From the NCBI GenBank assembly GCA_013265495.1, contig MU058844.1, positions 11,368,184-11,432,183 of the forward strand: a DNA stretch of 64,000 nucleotides, given 5' to 3'. A program made the position numbers and the translations under genes. Source of the DNA: Vicugna vicugna. Its lineage: Eukaryota. Below, piece after piece: positions 48,974 through 63,415 of the stretch. Position 1 is the stretch's first letter, and each line of letters starts with the position of its first letter. Under the pieces are notes generated by a model. It saw nothing but the letters and a program-made list of their open reading frames with translations. It searched no databases and was not told where the DNA came from.

Positions 48974-49103
48974 GAGAGGGGAGGGCACAGCTCAGTGGTG
49001 GAGCACATGCCTAGCATGCAACAGGCCCTGGGTTCAGTCCCCAGCACCACCATTAAATAAACGACTAAATAAACCTAATTTCCTCCCCCTGCCAAAAAAA
49101 AAA
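48974..49103 (+). mobile_element. tRNA-Ala-derived SINE (camelid Vic-1-like)
   Basis: cagctcagtgg A box, ctagcatgc, gggttcagtcc B box, taaataaacctaatt tail, poly(A). TSD aaaaagcctatctcta / aaaaaccctttctcta. Confidence 0.85.
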
Positions 49104-49944
49104 AAAAACCCTTTCTCTAAGCATGCAGGATTTACTCAATGTTCATATATAAAATATATGGTTAAAAATAGTAAGTGAAAATTATTTGGGCCAACATTAA
49201 GTTCTTAAAACTGGAAAAAGTTTGTTTTTTTTTTTTGCATGAGAAAAGATGGGAAAATTCATCCAGAATTAAGTTTTTCTATCTAGGTGGAAAACTGAAG
49301 AAGTCACATGATAATCAATTTGCTCACATCTAGAAAGCGTAAAAGTACAACAGGATATACAAAGCAGTGTATAAATATGTGAAAGAAAACCTCAGAGCAC
49401 TTTGTATTTCTCTAAGTGACAGAGAGGCCAGCATCTCTGATGGTGGAAGCCCTCAAAAACCTGTGTAGTGTCAGGATTTCCATTAGACTTTTGTTTTCAT
49501 CATATGTAATATTTCTGAACACAATTCAATTCAATATGCTGTTGCCAGATAGTGGAACAAATAAAACGCAGTTAACTTCTACTGTCTTCATGTCGCCTGG
49601 GCCCCATGGGGTCTCACTGGAAGTGACTGCCACTCCATCAGACAGCCTGGAGTGGCCCCAGGGGACTGTCTGTCTCTCTCTTTGGGTTATATTGTGTTCC
49701 TTTTAGTTATTTCCTTCATAATAGGAATAATAGATCTTTCCACGTACTCGGGCTTTTCTCTTTCACATTTAAAGGCATCCAATCCCCTCTCAAATCAGAC
49801 GGAAGCACGTAGCTATCTCTGGGTGATGAGGGGTCGGGGGTGGAGCAAAGTGGGATCATTATGACAGAAAGACAAGGAGACAAGTCTTAATATTTAGTTT
49901 CTGGTCATCCTGTCCACAGCCTCTTGGACTAACTTGACTATAAT

Positions 49945-52090
49945 CACTCATTCATTCATCCAACCAATAAATATTTCCTGAATGCCTATTTTATCCCAAA
50001 TACTGTCTAAGCCCTGGAGATACATGGTGAACAAACCTCCTTTTCTTGTGGAGCTTCTACTCTATTAATGTTTCCAGAAAAGCAAACAGGTAAATATTTT
50101 CAGGGGGGATACAATCCACGGGGAAACAAAAGACAGCTGATTTGGGAGAAGAGCATCATTTTAGGGTGGGGAGAGTTTCAGGGAAAGCACTGTCTTTAAA
50201 GGGGGCTCAGGGAAGGCCTTGCTGAGATGACGTATGAGCAGGTCCTGAGCGGGACGAGTTACTGGACCCTGTGAGTAATGGTGGGATGAGAATTCCAGGC
50301 AAATTGAAGAGCAGGACAAAGGCCCTGAGAGGGGAGCCTGCTTGGTTCACCTGAGGAACAGTAAGCAGACTGGCCAGTGAGGCTGGCGGGGAGTCAAGGA
50401 GGGGAACAGGGTGGTGTGTGCCCAGGTCTCCATTTATAACAATGACCGAGTGATACAGACTGACTAATATCAATGAAAGAAGGATTTCCTGCTGACAGTT
50501 TCAGAGAGAGGACGACACACCACACCATGCAGAGCCATGGAGGAAAATTCAGTCAGGAGGCCGGAGCACGAGTGAGGAGAAAGCACAGGACACAGCCTTG
50601 CCCGGGGTTTCTGTGGGAAAGGCCAGGAAGGCAGGGTAAACCACTTGGTACCAGCCAGCGTGAGTAATTCCAGCAGCCTGTGCCACACCAGGCTGTCTGT
50701 GATTGTCTGGTCTCCGGCCCGGGCTCAATTTCGGGCAGGAGAAACACTGAAGCAGTGTGTGAGAGCGAGATGAAAGAGGTGGGTGGGAAGATCAACTCAG
50801 TATCGATCAGAGGATTTGTAGTATGATTTTCACGTGCCAGCAAAAATTGGATCATGGGGAGATGTAAACAAGTGTGGCCGTTAGTTTGGCCCAGTGATTA
50901 ATGGATGCCAAGGAGACAAATACAGGATTTATAAAAACCCAGTCAGAGTACAGTGGCCGGAATACAAGGCCAGAAAAGTCAAAGATGCAGATGATTGATG
51001 CAGTTGTCTATAAGCTGTTGTGTTTTGGATTTTACTCTCAGTGAGATAAGAAGGCAGTTGAAAAGCCTTGAGCCGAGGAGTGGCGTGACCTGCCTTAGAC
51101 TTTCAAGGGACCTCTGTGGCTGCTGTGCTGCTATGACAGAAATAGTTTGGGGGAAGACAGAAGGACATCCGTAGTCTCGTTTCTGACTTACTAACTTGAG
51201 GCATCTGTTAGACATCTAGGTACACCTGTCGACAAATCAGCAGGTTATATAATCTGTTTCTAATTATGTATCTGGAAATCTTTGGTGTATTTCAGGTGAT
51301 TTTTTTTTTAAGGCCAGGAGACTAAATGAGGTCCCTCTAGGGACTGGGCACAGATGGAGAGGGGCGGGGACTGAGCTCCGCGGCACTGGAACACTGAGAG
51401 ATAGGGAAATGAGTGGAAACCGATACAACAGACTCAGAAGGAACAGACAGTAAGAGAAGAGAACCATGGTGCCCTGGAGGATGCGTGAAAATTGTGCTTT
51501 GAGAAGGAAAGGGTGATCAAGTGTCGAACTCTCCCCAAGGTTTTAATAAGAGGAGGTCGACTGCATTTAGCAATTTGGAGGTCTTTGGTGACATTGATAA
51601 GACGTGCTTTAGTAGAGCGATATGGATGAAAGACTAACTGGAGAGGATTCAACAGAAAATGGGAGGAGAGAAATCCAAGACGGAGTATAGACGACTTCTT
51701 GTAGGAGTTTTGCTGTATAAACAAGCAGAGAATTGAGAGGGACTGGAGATAAACACTGGGTTGAGGAAGTTGTTATTTCATTTTTTTACATGGTTGGTGT
51801 CGTGGTGTGTTTTCATGTCTATGGGACTAAGTCAGTGAAGTGGGAACAATAAGGAGACCAGACAGAGTCGGGGAAAATGATGGAGAGACATTCTTAAGTG
51901 AGTAAGAGGGGGTAAGACCAAGTGAGCGAACAGGAGAGTCAGTCTTAGATGGCAGCCGGAGCATTTTATTCATAGTATTAGCAGGGAATACAGAGTGTAG
52001 GGCTACAGGTAGGGATGTAATGGCAGATGTGGTGGAATTTACTTCCCGATTACTTTCTGTTTTCTTCAGTGTAATAAGAAGCTGAGATTA
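49945..52090. mobile_element. Long L2 fragment with an LTR-like insertion (~50430-50840)
   Basis: L2 3' terminus ctcattcattcatccaaccaataaatatttcctgaatgcct. Body motifs gcatttagcaatttggaggtctttggtgacattga, gagtatagacgacttctt. The middle segment is not L2-like and resembles an ERVL-type LTR (tgagtaattccagcagcc...gattgtctggtctccggccc). Confidence 0.7.
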
Positions 52091-52499
52091 CAGAATGGGG
52101 AGGAGGTTTTGGATCTCTTTCATTTCACACCCCTAAAGTACATACGACCTTCCCATCACTGGCAAACAGTAACTAACCCACAATAATGTTTCATCCACTA
52201 TTCACCATCCGTATCTCTGGAGAAGGGTGTGTCAGAATGTGCAGCAACTAAAGATAGTGCCCCTCCATGTAATTCAGATGTGCCTTTTCAGAGAAGTGGT
52301 GCCTTATTCCCTCTCCAGTGGGAATCTATTATTTAAAGAGAGTTTTCTCTAAGGATACTCTCTGCCTCTTGCAAAAAAGTTTCCACTTCATCAGTCTGGT
52401 CCTTACTGCTTGCTGGACATGTGCAGGCTTTTTGGTATCTATAAGTAGGTTCATGCCTGGTTCCGAGACCAATATTAGTATTATAGAAGCACATACTTA

Positions 52500-53420
52500 C
52501 TGATTCTTACAAGTGCTGTGAAAAAAGGAGGTAAATCTGAACTGAAATCTGAAGGAGAAGGGGGATAGGTAAAAAAGAAAGAGCACACACACAGACCTTG
52601 AAGTAGGCATTGGAGAAGCCAAAAAGGGGCCAATGAGGTAGGAACACAGAAAATGAAGAAAGGGGGATGGAGACAGAAAGTGAGAAAGTTGGAGAGACCG
52701 GCCAGCATTAGGTGATGCAGAATCTTATAGGTTATTTTCTGAGTTTTGGGTTTTATCCTAAGACTAATGGAAAGCCAATGAAGTCATTTATGCAGAAAGT
52801 TAACGTGATCAGATTTGCATTGCAAAAGCAGTTCACAGGTGAGAGATGGTTTTCCTTTTTATGCAGTGAGCTCCAAATATAGGTATGGTGGTTTAAAGGA
52901 GCCAGAGAATCAGGCATGCATGAGTAAATCTGCTATAAGTATTTAAAGACCAGAAGGATGAACATATGAAATGAAGCTGGGAAGGCAATATTGATTGAGT
53001 CCATCATTTAAGTCTTCCACCCCACAAATCTATAGCCACAGACCTTAATTGTCTCCGTATTTGTCTTACCAATGAAGTCATTTCCTGAATTTCCTCCCAT
53101 TCTTATTTCTCAAGTTCCAGTCCTGGTCTCTTTAATTTTCTCATTGAATCTTAACTGTCATCTCTTCAGCTTCCCAAAGCTTTCAAATGCTCAGAACTTC
53201 AAGGCTTTTCTTCTAATACACCCTTCCCTCTACCACACTATTTCTAGGTTCTGCATTTCTATCACAGTTGCTGCTTTAAAAGGTAGTTGTACTTTCTCAC
53301 CTCCAGTAAGTCACTCACAGTCTGTTAACTACAGATGTCTCTCCCTCCAGCCTAGGTACGAAACCCTCCATCTTGGGGCAGGATTCAGGGATTAACTCAA
53401 AGTGCTGTCCCAATGTTAAG
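52500..53420. mobile_element. Two L2 fragments in opposite orientation
   Basis: gagttttgggttttatcctaagactaatggaaagccaatgaag...gtgatcagatttgcatt, followed by a pyrimidine-rich L2-like segment. Confidence 0.55.
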
Positions 53421-54244
53421 CCATCACTTGCTGACAAGCAACCAGTAGGATTAATTTGGTTGATAATTTGATCGCTGTGAGAAACTTATTTTTAAAAATG
53501 GTTGCTGAGGCATTACTATTACACTAGATACTGACTTTCAGGTATATCTCATTGGTAACCATTTGATTGATCCAAAATTTCCTTACATAGTTGGGAGCCC
53601 CAATTACAGAGAAGAGAAAGTCACGTAGTTTTTCTTTTGAAATGAGCAGAACTACTACTGAGTATGACGAGCTTTTATGTAGTTGTCAAAGGTTAGTATA
53701 AACACTAATTAAAAAGAAAAATAATGGTTAAAGTATTTTTAATGTTTACTGAACAAATGTTTTTATATGACCGACTTAAAATGTAGGTACCATTATCTAA
53801 AGCGTAACAGTTTTGTGAGTTTTAAAGTATTTTTAGGTTAATTTGTCCAATGATGACAAAACTATTTAGACTTTATTTTCACATAATGCATGTAGGTTCA
53901 CATACATTATATCAACATGATTTTTAAATTATAGAACTTTTCATAGTGATGGTGAATGCTAATAGGAACAATACAGCATGACTATTCCAAAACCCCTCTG
54001 AACCGCCTTTAGAGCTTGCTTTTTATCTCTGCCTAGAGATTCATTTGGTTTAAGGATCTCCTGAGTTAACTCCATGAGTAAGTTCTCCAGGTAGCCCTCA
54101 ATGTTTCCAGTCAATGGCAGTTTTAAATGAAATTTCACCAAAGTTCAGCACAGCAAATTAGCTCTGGGCCAGGAAGCGTTGTGCAGAGTTACAGAAAAGA
54201 CAACAGTCTTGCTCTTTATATTTTTTATTAGACATGACATTTAT

Positions 54245-54730
54245 AGGGTGGGGAGGAGGACACTTTCAGTTGCTTAAACAATAGCCATTCCCTCCTCTGC
54301 CCTGTTCTTCTTTGCTAGTATACCCTACTTTCCTTACTGTAGAGGCAGAAGACTCCACATAGTCCCTCAGTCTCTCTCAGGTAGAGCATGGGCATGTGAC
54401 TCAGCCTTCATCAAGGGGACCCAAGCTTAAGTTTGCCAATAGGCTCCTTGGAAACACTTATGTTTTTCGTAAAAAGAGGATGTGCTGGAGCTGTGGCAGC
54501 CTCCCAGTGACCATGAGGAAACAAACTTATGGATAAACACCAACACACTAAAACTGCAGATCAGAAAGAAAGAACCTGGGTCTCTGATGCCATAATGAGG
54601 TCTCTAAAGCAAGCTTGGAGCCATCCTACATTTATACTTTATTTGTTCTATTACATTTTTCCCTTGCATAATTCATCTTTATTTGGGAATAATGACCTGA
54701 TTAAATCTCTAAGTAAACATGTTAATTAAA
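54245..54730 (+). mobile_element. Old MLT1-type LTR
   Basis: gggcatgtgactcag...tgctggagctgtggcagcc...gtgaccatgagg...aagaacctgggtctctgatg. Confidence 0.65.
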
Positions 54731-55504
54731 TATCCTGCTAGTAGTTACAAGTAGAAAGGTAATAGAGAATTCTTATCTCTGGACACTTTTAACAGATTCT
54801 ATCTTGACTGTCCAGGTCGTTAATGATAAACAAACTTAGAATTTATCAATTTATGAGGCTTGGCCAGCTACAAAATGCCATGTCAGGTACATAATTAATC
54901 GAGTACAAAATGAAGTTTTATAACCATCGCATCTCCCTTTGTGTAAGCAAGGCTCTACATGCATCATTTAAAGGCTTTATATATTAAATCTGGGCCAGGG
55001 TGAATAATACTAACACTATAAGGAAAGATGTAGAATACTGTGTTACTAGTCCCAGACTTTACCATATTTCACCTCTATTTCCTTTGAATTATTAGAAAAG
55101 TTTGATACAGGATCAGCTCTCTGGATTTTGTAAATGTGATTTGACAACTAAACCCTTCGTGGTATCTCACTGTCACTACTTATAACTTTCATATACCTTT
55201 CATGTTCTAATGAGAAATATAAAATGGCAACTCAAGCAGGACAACAATATTTTCAGAAGCTGTCTAAAGAGCAACACAGTGCTTTCTCCCTTCTCATCAA
55301 CTCTGTATGGGTTCTTCCTAACTAAAAGCCAAGACTCTCAAACTGGCCGTGGAGAAAATTTTCATTTTAAACTGTGTTTTGAGATCTGAAGAGGAAGACT
55401 GTGTATTCTTCAGAAATCCTAGACTTTGAGCTGAGCTCAGTAAGTAGGGGTCTTGTTTGAGGAGGCAGGGGTTGGAAGAAACATACTTAAGTTAGAGGGA
55501 GAAG

Positions 55505-55997
55505 TGTGTCTGGATATGGGAAAGCCTTGTTGCACAGACTAGTATTTGCCTCTCAAAACCATTTTTTCCTTCTTACATAGTCATAGGATTTCTACTGAAT
55601 CACAAGCTATTCAATGTGAAACAGCATTCCCCACTTCCCTGATAGCTAGGTTCAGTCTTGTGACTCAGTTCTAGCCAGTGAAACATCAGTGGGATCATCA
55701 TGTACAATTTCCACATCATGGTCATAAAGGGAAAAAAAACAGTAGCCTCTGTTTTCCATTTTCATTCTCCCTTTCTCTGACTAGCAGAAACCATATTGTA
55801 CTATGAGATGGAGGCTGTTTCTTAAAGACGAAAGGGCAACAATACAGAAGAAGACAGGATATTTGATATTTATAGAATTACCATGGTAGCCTGGACCCTA
55901 GGCTTTTGCATGGAAGAGAAAATCAAAATTCCTTTGGATCAAGACACTATTATCTTTGTTCTCTACTACTGAGCTGAACCAATATTCAAGCTAACAT
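55505..55997 (+). mobile_element. Old MLT1-type LTR
   Basis: cattccccacttccctgatagctagg...tgtgactcagttctagccagtgaaa...agctgaaccaatattcaagctaaca. Confidence 0.65.
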
Positions 55998-56919
55998 ATT
56001 CACTCAGCCTCATAATGATTCAGCATTTGCCCTCTCTCTGTATATATATTGTATTTGGTCCTTTAAGTTTTTATATATTTAAATTATTTTTTATTCTCTC
56101 TTGAAAACTCTTAGCATAGTCAACTAAAAGTGTTATTATTACTATGCAAAAAAGGGAAGAATAGATAATTGGGGAACAACTAGCAGTTTCTGTCATATTG
56201 GATTATTTTGGTAAATGAACAAAACACAATTTCAGTGGCACATGGGCTTAAAATATTATTTAACAAGTTTATTTCTCAATTATCACCATCCACAGATTTT
56301 CCTCACCTGTTATTTTAAGAAAATGTTAGCATTTGCCTAAAGTTCTCAATATAAACTCTTTTTTGCATCATGAGCCTTCCCAAAATAATCAGGTAGCTTA
56401 AACTTGTTCCTAGAAAATCACTTTGGTTGGAAGGATGTCAGTATAGAAGCTCCTACATTTATAAACTTTTAAATTAAGAAGTTCTGTGCATGTACAAAAG
56501 CTGCCCTCTAAGGCAAAGCACATTAACCTTGGACTTTACAAGCATTTGGAAGGATAGTATTGTTTTTTTTTTTAATTTCCTCAATCAATTTTTGTTTTGC
56601 ATTTTTTCCTGTTGGTTTTATGTATTTTATGAATGTATGTTCACCGGCACTTGAAAAATGCAAAAGCAGTGAGAATGTGTAAAAAAGACTTCTGATTTAG
56701 AATGAAAACAGTAATAATAAAATTAAGCAATTTGTGAGAAGATAATTTTGTTTGTACATAAAGAATAATAGGGAGTATGATCTTAAAGGAAAAGAGTAAA
56801 TCATGCAATGTGTGGAAAGAACTACAGACCTCTGCAATAGTACGTAATCATCAAATGATAAGAAAAATCAGTTGCAAATGGGAAAACTAGATTTGTGTGG
56901 CTGGGACCCATAGTCACAA

Positions 56920-57091
56920 ACTTTGCCAGATGCTGGACTCACTGAGAGCCCATTAAAAACACTGACGTCTGTCTCCTCCTCCCCGGAGGTTCTAATTTAA
57001 TTGGTCTCTGTTGTAGCATGTAGCCTGGATATCTAGATTTTTTAAATCTCCCCAAGTGGTTCTAATGTGCAGTCAAGTTTGAAGATCACTG
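56920..57091. mobile_element. MER5A1-like hAT MITE
   Basis: ttctaatttaattggtct...tttttaaatctccccaagtggttctaatgtgcagtcaagtttgaagatcactg. Confidence 0.8.
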
Positions 57092-57281
57092 AATTAAAGT
57101 AATAGCATCCATGCCAGATGCCAACTAGTATAATGTTAGTGCAGGAGAAGTTTGGGAATTCATCCAAAACCTTAAATTTAAGATTGGAGAAGGGTCTGAT
57201 TATAAAAATACCTCAAGCCACAGAGGGTCAGAACCTATCACTCCATCTATAATAGAGTAGATCCTCAGATTCTGTAAGGTA

Positions 57282-57545
57282 ACACTGGCCAATAGAAACT
57301 TCTGCAATGATGGAAATGTTCTACATGTGTGTTGAGTAGAGTTAACCACTTGCCACATGTGACAACTGAGGATGGGAAATGTAGCTATAGCTAGCATGAC
57401 TAAGGAAGTTTCTAGTTCTAATAAATTGCTGAATTTCGAATATTACTTAGCTAACAAATAATATTTTTTAAATTAACATTATAATTAAATACAGATCTTT
57501 ATTTAAATTTAAATAGCCCTAAGTGGTTAAGTGGCTACCTTACTG
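57282..57545. mobile_element. MER3-like hAT MITE
   Basis: ctggccaatagaaacttctgcaatgatggaaatgttctac...gccacatgtg...taaatttaaatagccctaagtggttaagtggctacc. Confidence 0.8.
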
Positions 57546-59254
57546 CCTTAAGATAAACTCAAAAGAACGTGAAGTTGGTACATTACCTGATTCCATAGAT
57601 TTTCAGCGTTGATAAAGTGAGTGGCCCATTTTAGCTTAAGTTGTCATATAGAACATATATTTGCAAGAATAAAAAAAGGCCATGAATTTTTTTTAAAGCT
57701 CCAAAGAATATAACCACGCTGTAACACTTGCAGAAAGAACTATAAGCTTTATTCACCCTTTATAAATCTTGAATCCCTGAACAGATAGACTTACCAACAG
57801 ACTTTCAGAGCAAAAATCTGGCTGGAAATATGAATTTATATATGGTTTTAAGTTTGATAATTTTTACTAAGTCAATCATCTAATCTATAAATCTAAAAGG
57901 ATGGCAATAATCTTCATGTTGAAAATAAATTCACAGGAAACATATATATGTAGAGGTATAAATTAATCAGTGCCAATAAAATAAGGAGGCATTCTTTTTT
58001 CCAACCTTTCCATGAAAAACTAGAATTGTGTGCTTACTATAGACTAGACACCATGCTTACAGCTTGAAAGGCATATTCCTATTTTACTCTTGTAATCATC
58101 TAATGAGGTAGGTACTACTATCCACATTGAACACATAAGGAAATGGAGGCTCAATGGAGTTAACTGTTTTCAAATTCATGTAACTCATGAATGTTAAAGC
58201 TGAATGCTGCATTCTGTCTTTATGAATAGTAATAGTTGGCAAACCTCCTTATGATTACATACGGATATTTAAGAATGATTTTTATTGCTATTCAACATTT
58301 CAGTACCACTACTGAAATAAATGCTCTGTCAACAGAATAACTGGTCCCTATCTGAACAAGGTGTAATCCATGACTGTGTGAATGCATTTTCACTTCGCTA
58401 CTATACCATTTATATTTCTATAGCTCTAGCTCTCCAACAGTAGCTTGACAAAGCCAAATTCTAGAAGCCACAGTGACAAAAATTCATTACTATTCATAAA
58501 TTAGAACAACTGATTGCTTGCAGTTGTCTCCCACAGTTTTGCCAAGGAAGCAAGACTAAAAGTGGGATAATGAGTATCACCCATGCCTTTTGTTTTGGAA
58601 CTATTCATTAAATAAAGGTAATCTAGCCAAAAATACATTTCAAGAAGAATTGCCAATTTGCACATTTCTTCCAAATGCATTCAGCAAGTGACAATGGCAT
58701 TTAAAATCTAAATTTACAGTAAGAGATATCACAGGATTTTGAAGTAGCAGAACCATTTCTAGCTGCTGAAGTCTAAGAATGAAGAGACAAAATAATGAAA
58801 CCTTGGCAACATGTCTGAAAATGTGACACCAACACACTGAACATCCATCTCAAGCTGTCTCCAGAAAGCTGGATGTCCACTTAAAATGCATGACGCTGCC
58901 ATACCAGAGCCTCTTTCAAAATTTACCACCTGGTTTTGTGTATTTCACTCTAGATTCCACTAGAAAGATGGTGAACCAACTGAATTACTATCATCAGCTT
59001 GTGATGAGGGTATTCTCCAAATACCTTGAAAATGAGTATCTCCAAGGCCTCACCTAATGGACCGAAGCTGCCAATTGCAGTCAGGAAACAAGACAACGCA
59101 TTTGAAGATTCATATCATACTCTCCAATGCTGCCTTTACTTTCGGTTAACATAAATGTACATGTTCCTCTTACTGTTTCAAAATCTGTTTAAAAACATGC
59201 AGTTATCTAAAATTAATCTCACTTCAAAATCTTTTTTAGCTATTATATTGAATA

Positions 59255-59430
59255 TATAATATGTGTACTATGTATGTTCAGGCACTGTGATTGCTTTGTC
59301 TCACCTAATCCTCTCAGTGCTGTGAAAAGCGGTATGATTCCCTACAGTTCACCTGTGAGGAAGCTGAAACTGGGGGGTCAATGACTCCCCCACGTAACAG
59401 CCAGTAGGGTGGGGGGCCATGCTCTCAACC
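59255..59430 (-). mobile_element. MIR SINE fragment
   Basis: tctcacctaatcctctcag...gaggaagctgaaactggggg...tgactcccccacgtaacagccagtagg. Confidence 0.65.
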
Positions 59431-59799
59431 ACTTTTCTGTGCCTGGCTACAAGTGTTCTAGTCCTTTCTTGTCTGAAAAGACTACCATCTCCTTTACAGA
59501 AAACAGCTCCTTTGAAGAAAACAGGGAATGTAATCTTAAAATAGACTGCAAGGATAGACTTGCTTTCCCACAAGTTGTCCAGAAATAATCAACAAGAAAG
59601 AATTTCTTTCATTTTTTTATAACATGTTGGAGTCTTTCTTTACCTTTCCAATATTAAGTGAATTTAAAATCATATTTATTAACTCAAATCCATTTATTAT
59701 GTTTTTATTCCACACTATGTATTGACTCCTTTCTTAATAAAAACCCAAATTGAGTCAGAAGTAAATTGTTATAGAGCAACAGAACAGATGGTGATCTAA

Positions 59800-60570
59800 G
59801 TGTCGAAGAGAAAACAAGACCATGTAAATACTAGAAGAAAACATGGGCATATTTCTTCATAGTTCTGGAGTAGAGAAAGCTTTCCAAATTATGTAAGTAC
59901 TGCACATTAACTGATTGTACCACCGGAGCTCCAAAAGCCTTACAAATTATGACCTCAACTTCACAAGTCATTAAAAGTGCCATAAATTCAACTTCTGCAT
60001 GATGAAAAACACTCTAAGCAAAAGCAAATTACAAACAAACCAGCCTAATATCACAGAAAGACTATGTAAGAAGCTCTAAAAATTAAGAGGTTAAAAAAGC
60101 CAACACTCAATAGGAAAGTGGGCAAATAATATAAATCCAGTGCTTATAGGTTAAAAGAAAAAAAAAGTTTCTTAAACATATGAAAGCATAATCAACTTCT
60201 CTTAGAATAAAAGAACAGCAAACTATAACTATACCAAGATATAATTTTGACATATATAGATACGGAAAAAACTAAACTTTACAATAAGCTCTGTTAGACA
60301 ATTTGTGAGGAAATAATTCCTCTAATGCACTACTGGTAGGAGTGGAAAAATGGTGCAATCTCTGTGGCAGCAACTTGATGGTGACTACTAAAATGAAAAT
60401 GTATTTACTGTTTGATGCATCTATCTCTATTTCTAAGAATTTGTTTTTACCAACTTACATGCATATATACAACATGACATAACAACAGGTAATATATTGC
60501 AATATTTTTCTGCAATTGCAAAAGACTGAGGAAGAAAAACAACAAACACCTATCAATTTGGGGAACATGG
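59800..60570 (+). mobile_element. Ancient L1 ORF2 3' fragment
   Basis: aaatactagaagaaaacatggg, caataggaaagtgggcaaa, ctggtaggagtggaaaaatggtgcaatctctgtgg, ctatttctaagaattt. Confidence 0.75.
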
Positions 60571-62984
60571 GGATACACCATAATTGACTTAACCACTTTC
60601 CTATGGTTATTTTTTTTCCTTTAATATGAAATGCCCCAGCCTTGTCCTAGCAAAGAAATGACATAGGCTGGGCTGTAATAACATGGAATTCTGGGAGTGA
60701 GGGAGACCCAGGTAAAGCGTGACAGCAGAACTCACATGACCTCCTGCTCAAAAGAGAATCTGGCACAGCACAGGCGCCAAGCTGGAGGGAGGGAAGCAAA
60801 CTTGAGCCAGGTCCCGGGCAGTAATCAGTGTTCAAAGGGAGATAAAACTCTAAGGAAGGGGACTGAGGTCAAGGCATTAGGAGAAGAAACAGATCGAAGA
60901 ATCATTTGAACCACATCCAGTCTCTTGGAGGCAGTGAGAAAGAAGAGAAAGAAAAAGCTACCTCAGATAATTTTGCTAAAAAGTTTGTTTTAGGAAAAAA
61001 AAGGGGGGGAGATAATGTCAGAGATCTGAGGACATAAGAAATATCCCAGGCAAAAGGTGGTTTAAAAGGAAGCAAGCAAATACAACCTTCCTTCCTATCC
61101 TCAACCTTGCCAAAGGAGATTTACTAAGATGCAGTCAGATGGGATTGCCAGGCTTCACATTTCTCTCCAGACATCTTTGCAGCTGGTCCTAACACTGTAT
61201 AGGAACACATTTCCATTATCTATAGTATCCTAAATGCAAGAAACAGTTATTTATTAATATTTACTCACAGCATTGAATCCCAGCATCAAAACGCTGAACC
61301 ACATTCCACTCATATTGGCATTAATCTAAACAATTGTCAAGAAATGAAAAAATTGAACAGCAATCAAATATTCTGGATATTGTAGTGACAGATCTGAATC
61401 AGTTATTCAGAAATTTGTTATAACTATATTAAAAACAACCAAACAAATTTGACAAGAATCACCTCAATTGAGCATAAAAGGCAGGCTGAATTTTTTGATG
61501 TGTGTACTTCCAGCTATATCCAGTACATTCAGTTTTCTCCTCCTCCATTGTTACTTAGAATAGTCTTGCAAGTGCTAAGGCTGTAATTTCTGAATATGTA
61601 AAGATTCAGTAGGCCATATTTTAGCCACTAAAATTTGATTGACAATCATTTTGTAATATGTAATCTGAGTCTCAGTACTTTCAGACTATATAAATTGTGA
61701 CTTTATTAGATGGGAGTCAGTGAAACTGGGACTTTAAGATACATAGGCTTTAACTGTACAAACACTGGATATGAACATCTTGGCTCAAATCACTAGTCAA
61801 TTAGCCAATCAACACCCACACACACAAAACTAGTCAAACTAATCCTGTTTGAGTTTACTGGAACCTTTAAGAAAAATAATTATTTAACTAAATTAATGGC
61901 ATTTCATGCAAAAGAGTCTATTATGTGAATATAATAGTTTTTTTAAATCACTATGTATTAGAAATTATCAAAATTAGATTTAATAATTGAAATTAACAGA
62001 TCCAATAATAAGTGTTTAACTTATCTAATCCATTAAAAAGTGTCTTTTTATTTTTCTTTCAAAGAATTCTTATCTCTAATTATTGTTTTAAGATGGAGCC
62101 ACTTATAGGACATATGTGTTATTCTGCAAAAATACAACACAGGATGACGCACGATGTCATTTATTCTGTTTGAAATAAATCTTCTTGAAGATACATTACA
62201 AGCAATTTCATTAGAAGGGTTTTTGAGAGTCTGGTCTTTGGATTGATTATTTTAATATTCTTGGCATGTATTATAAAGTAATTTGTTACAATTCTTACAG
62301 AATTTGGACTTTAAGAATGGAACTAAATTAATTCTGAGCCTGACAATGCTGCTGAATCATATGAGACCTTGCCAACAATGCACAGCCTATGATATTAGAT
62401 CAGATAGAATTTTGTATAAAATATCCATTTAAACTTTTGTTTAATTTTTTAAAAATTTAAATATAAGAAACGTAGATTAAAGAGTATACACTGTAGGGTG
62501 ATTTTAATAATAATTTTATGCTTGAGTTTTATTAGATGTTAAGGAAATATGGTGACCCACGTGCTTTGCCTACAAAAACAGATGAATAGAACATAACTTG
62601 GTTCCAGTTCTCTGCAGTAGTTATAACGGAAAGAGATTTCCCTAAGTCCAGAAGCGTCATAGGAAGCAGATGAAAACAGAAGTCCCAGATCAAATTCACT
62701 CTTTGATCACATCTTTCACCTAGAGAATTTAAGAAATTTTAGGTATTCTCTAGACGTCTACAGATAGAAATCCTCAGAGGCCAAAAAGACTTTAGACACC
62801 AAGTTATCAGCAATGGCCAAAAAAAACCCCAACACTTTTACACATGGTATAGACAAGATCAACTCACCCTTTGGACTTTAGGCAAAGTATATCTTAATTA
62901 TTCAGCCACAATGTTGGCTGCTCGCCACAGAATGTTTAAGAATGGAAATACTGATATGCTAATATGCTTATGCTAATTTTCTTA

Positions 62985-63415
62985 TCTGTGGGAAACTGCT
63001 AGCTGTTTCCTAACATCCTTCTCTCCTTCATAATAATATGATTGTAGCTGAGCAAGTGACTGCCCAGCTAGAGACAATGTTTCCCAGCTCACCCTGCAAC
63101 TGGATATGGTCATGTAACCATGTTCACCCAATGGAATGTGAGCTTAATGGCCACCTCCTCCTCACTTCCCTAAAATAAATTGATGCCTCTGCTTGGTGTT
63201 CTTATTACCTTTCATGTGTGGCTGGTGATCTAGCTTCGACCACATAGACAAGCAAACTACCTTTGAGGGCATGGAAACCTGGCAGGAGGACCATTTCCTA
63301 AAGCAGGTCTGCCTCACCAGGTCCAATTGAGTAACTGAATTCCATGGTATCTGAATAACCATATTTGAGGATCTTATTGATAAAGCAACTTAGCCTTTAC
63401 CCTAAGAAATACAAC
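62985..63415 (+). mobile_element. Old MLT1-type LTR
   Basis: tttcccagctcaccctgcaactggatatggtcatgtaaccatgttcacccaatggaatgtgag...agcaacttagcctttaccctaagaaataca. Confidence 0.7.

Noticed and set aside
53959..54141. Protein-looking ORF GNIEGYLENLLMELTQEILKPNESLGRDKKQALKAVQRG
   Set aside because: Non-ATG start, no polypyrimidine acceptor on that strand, no recognised homology.
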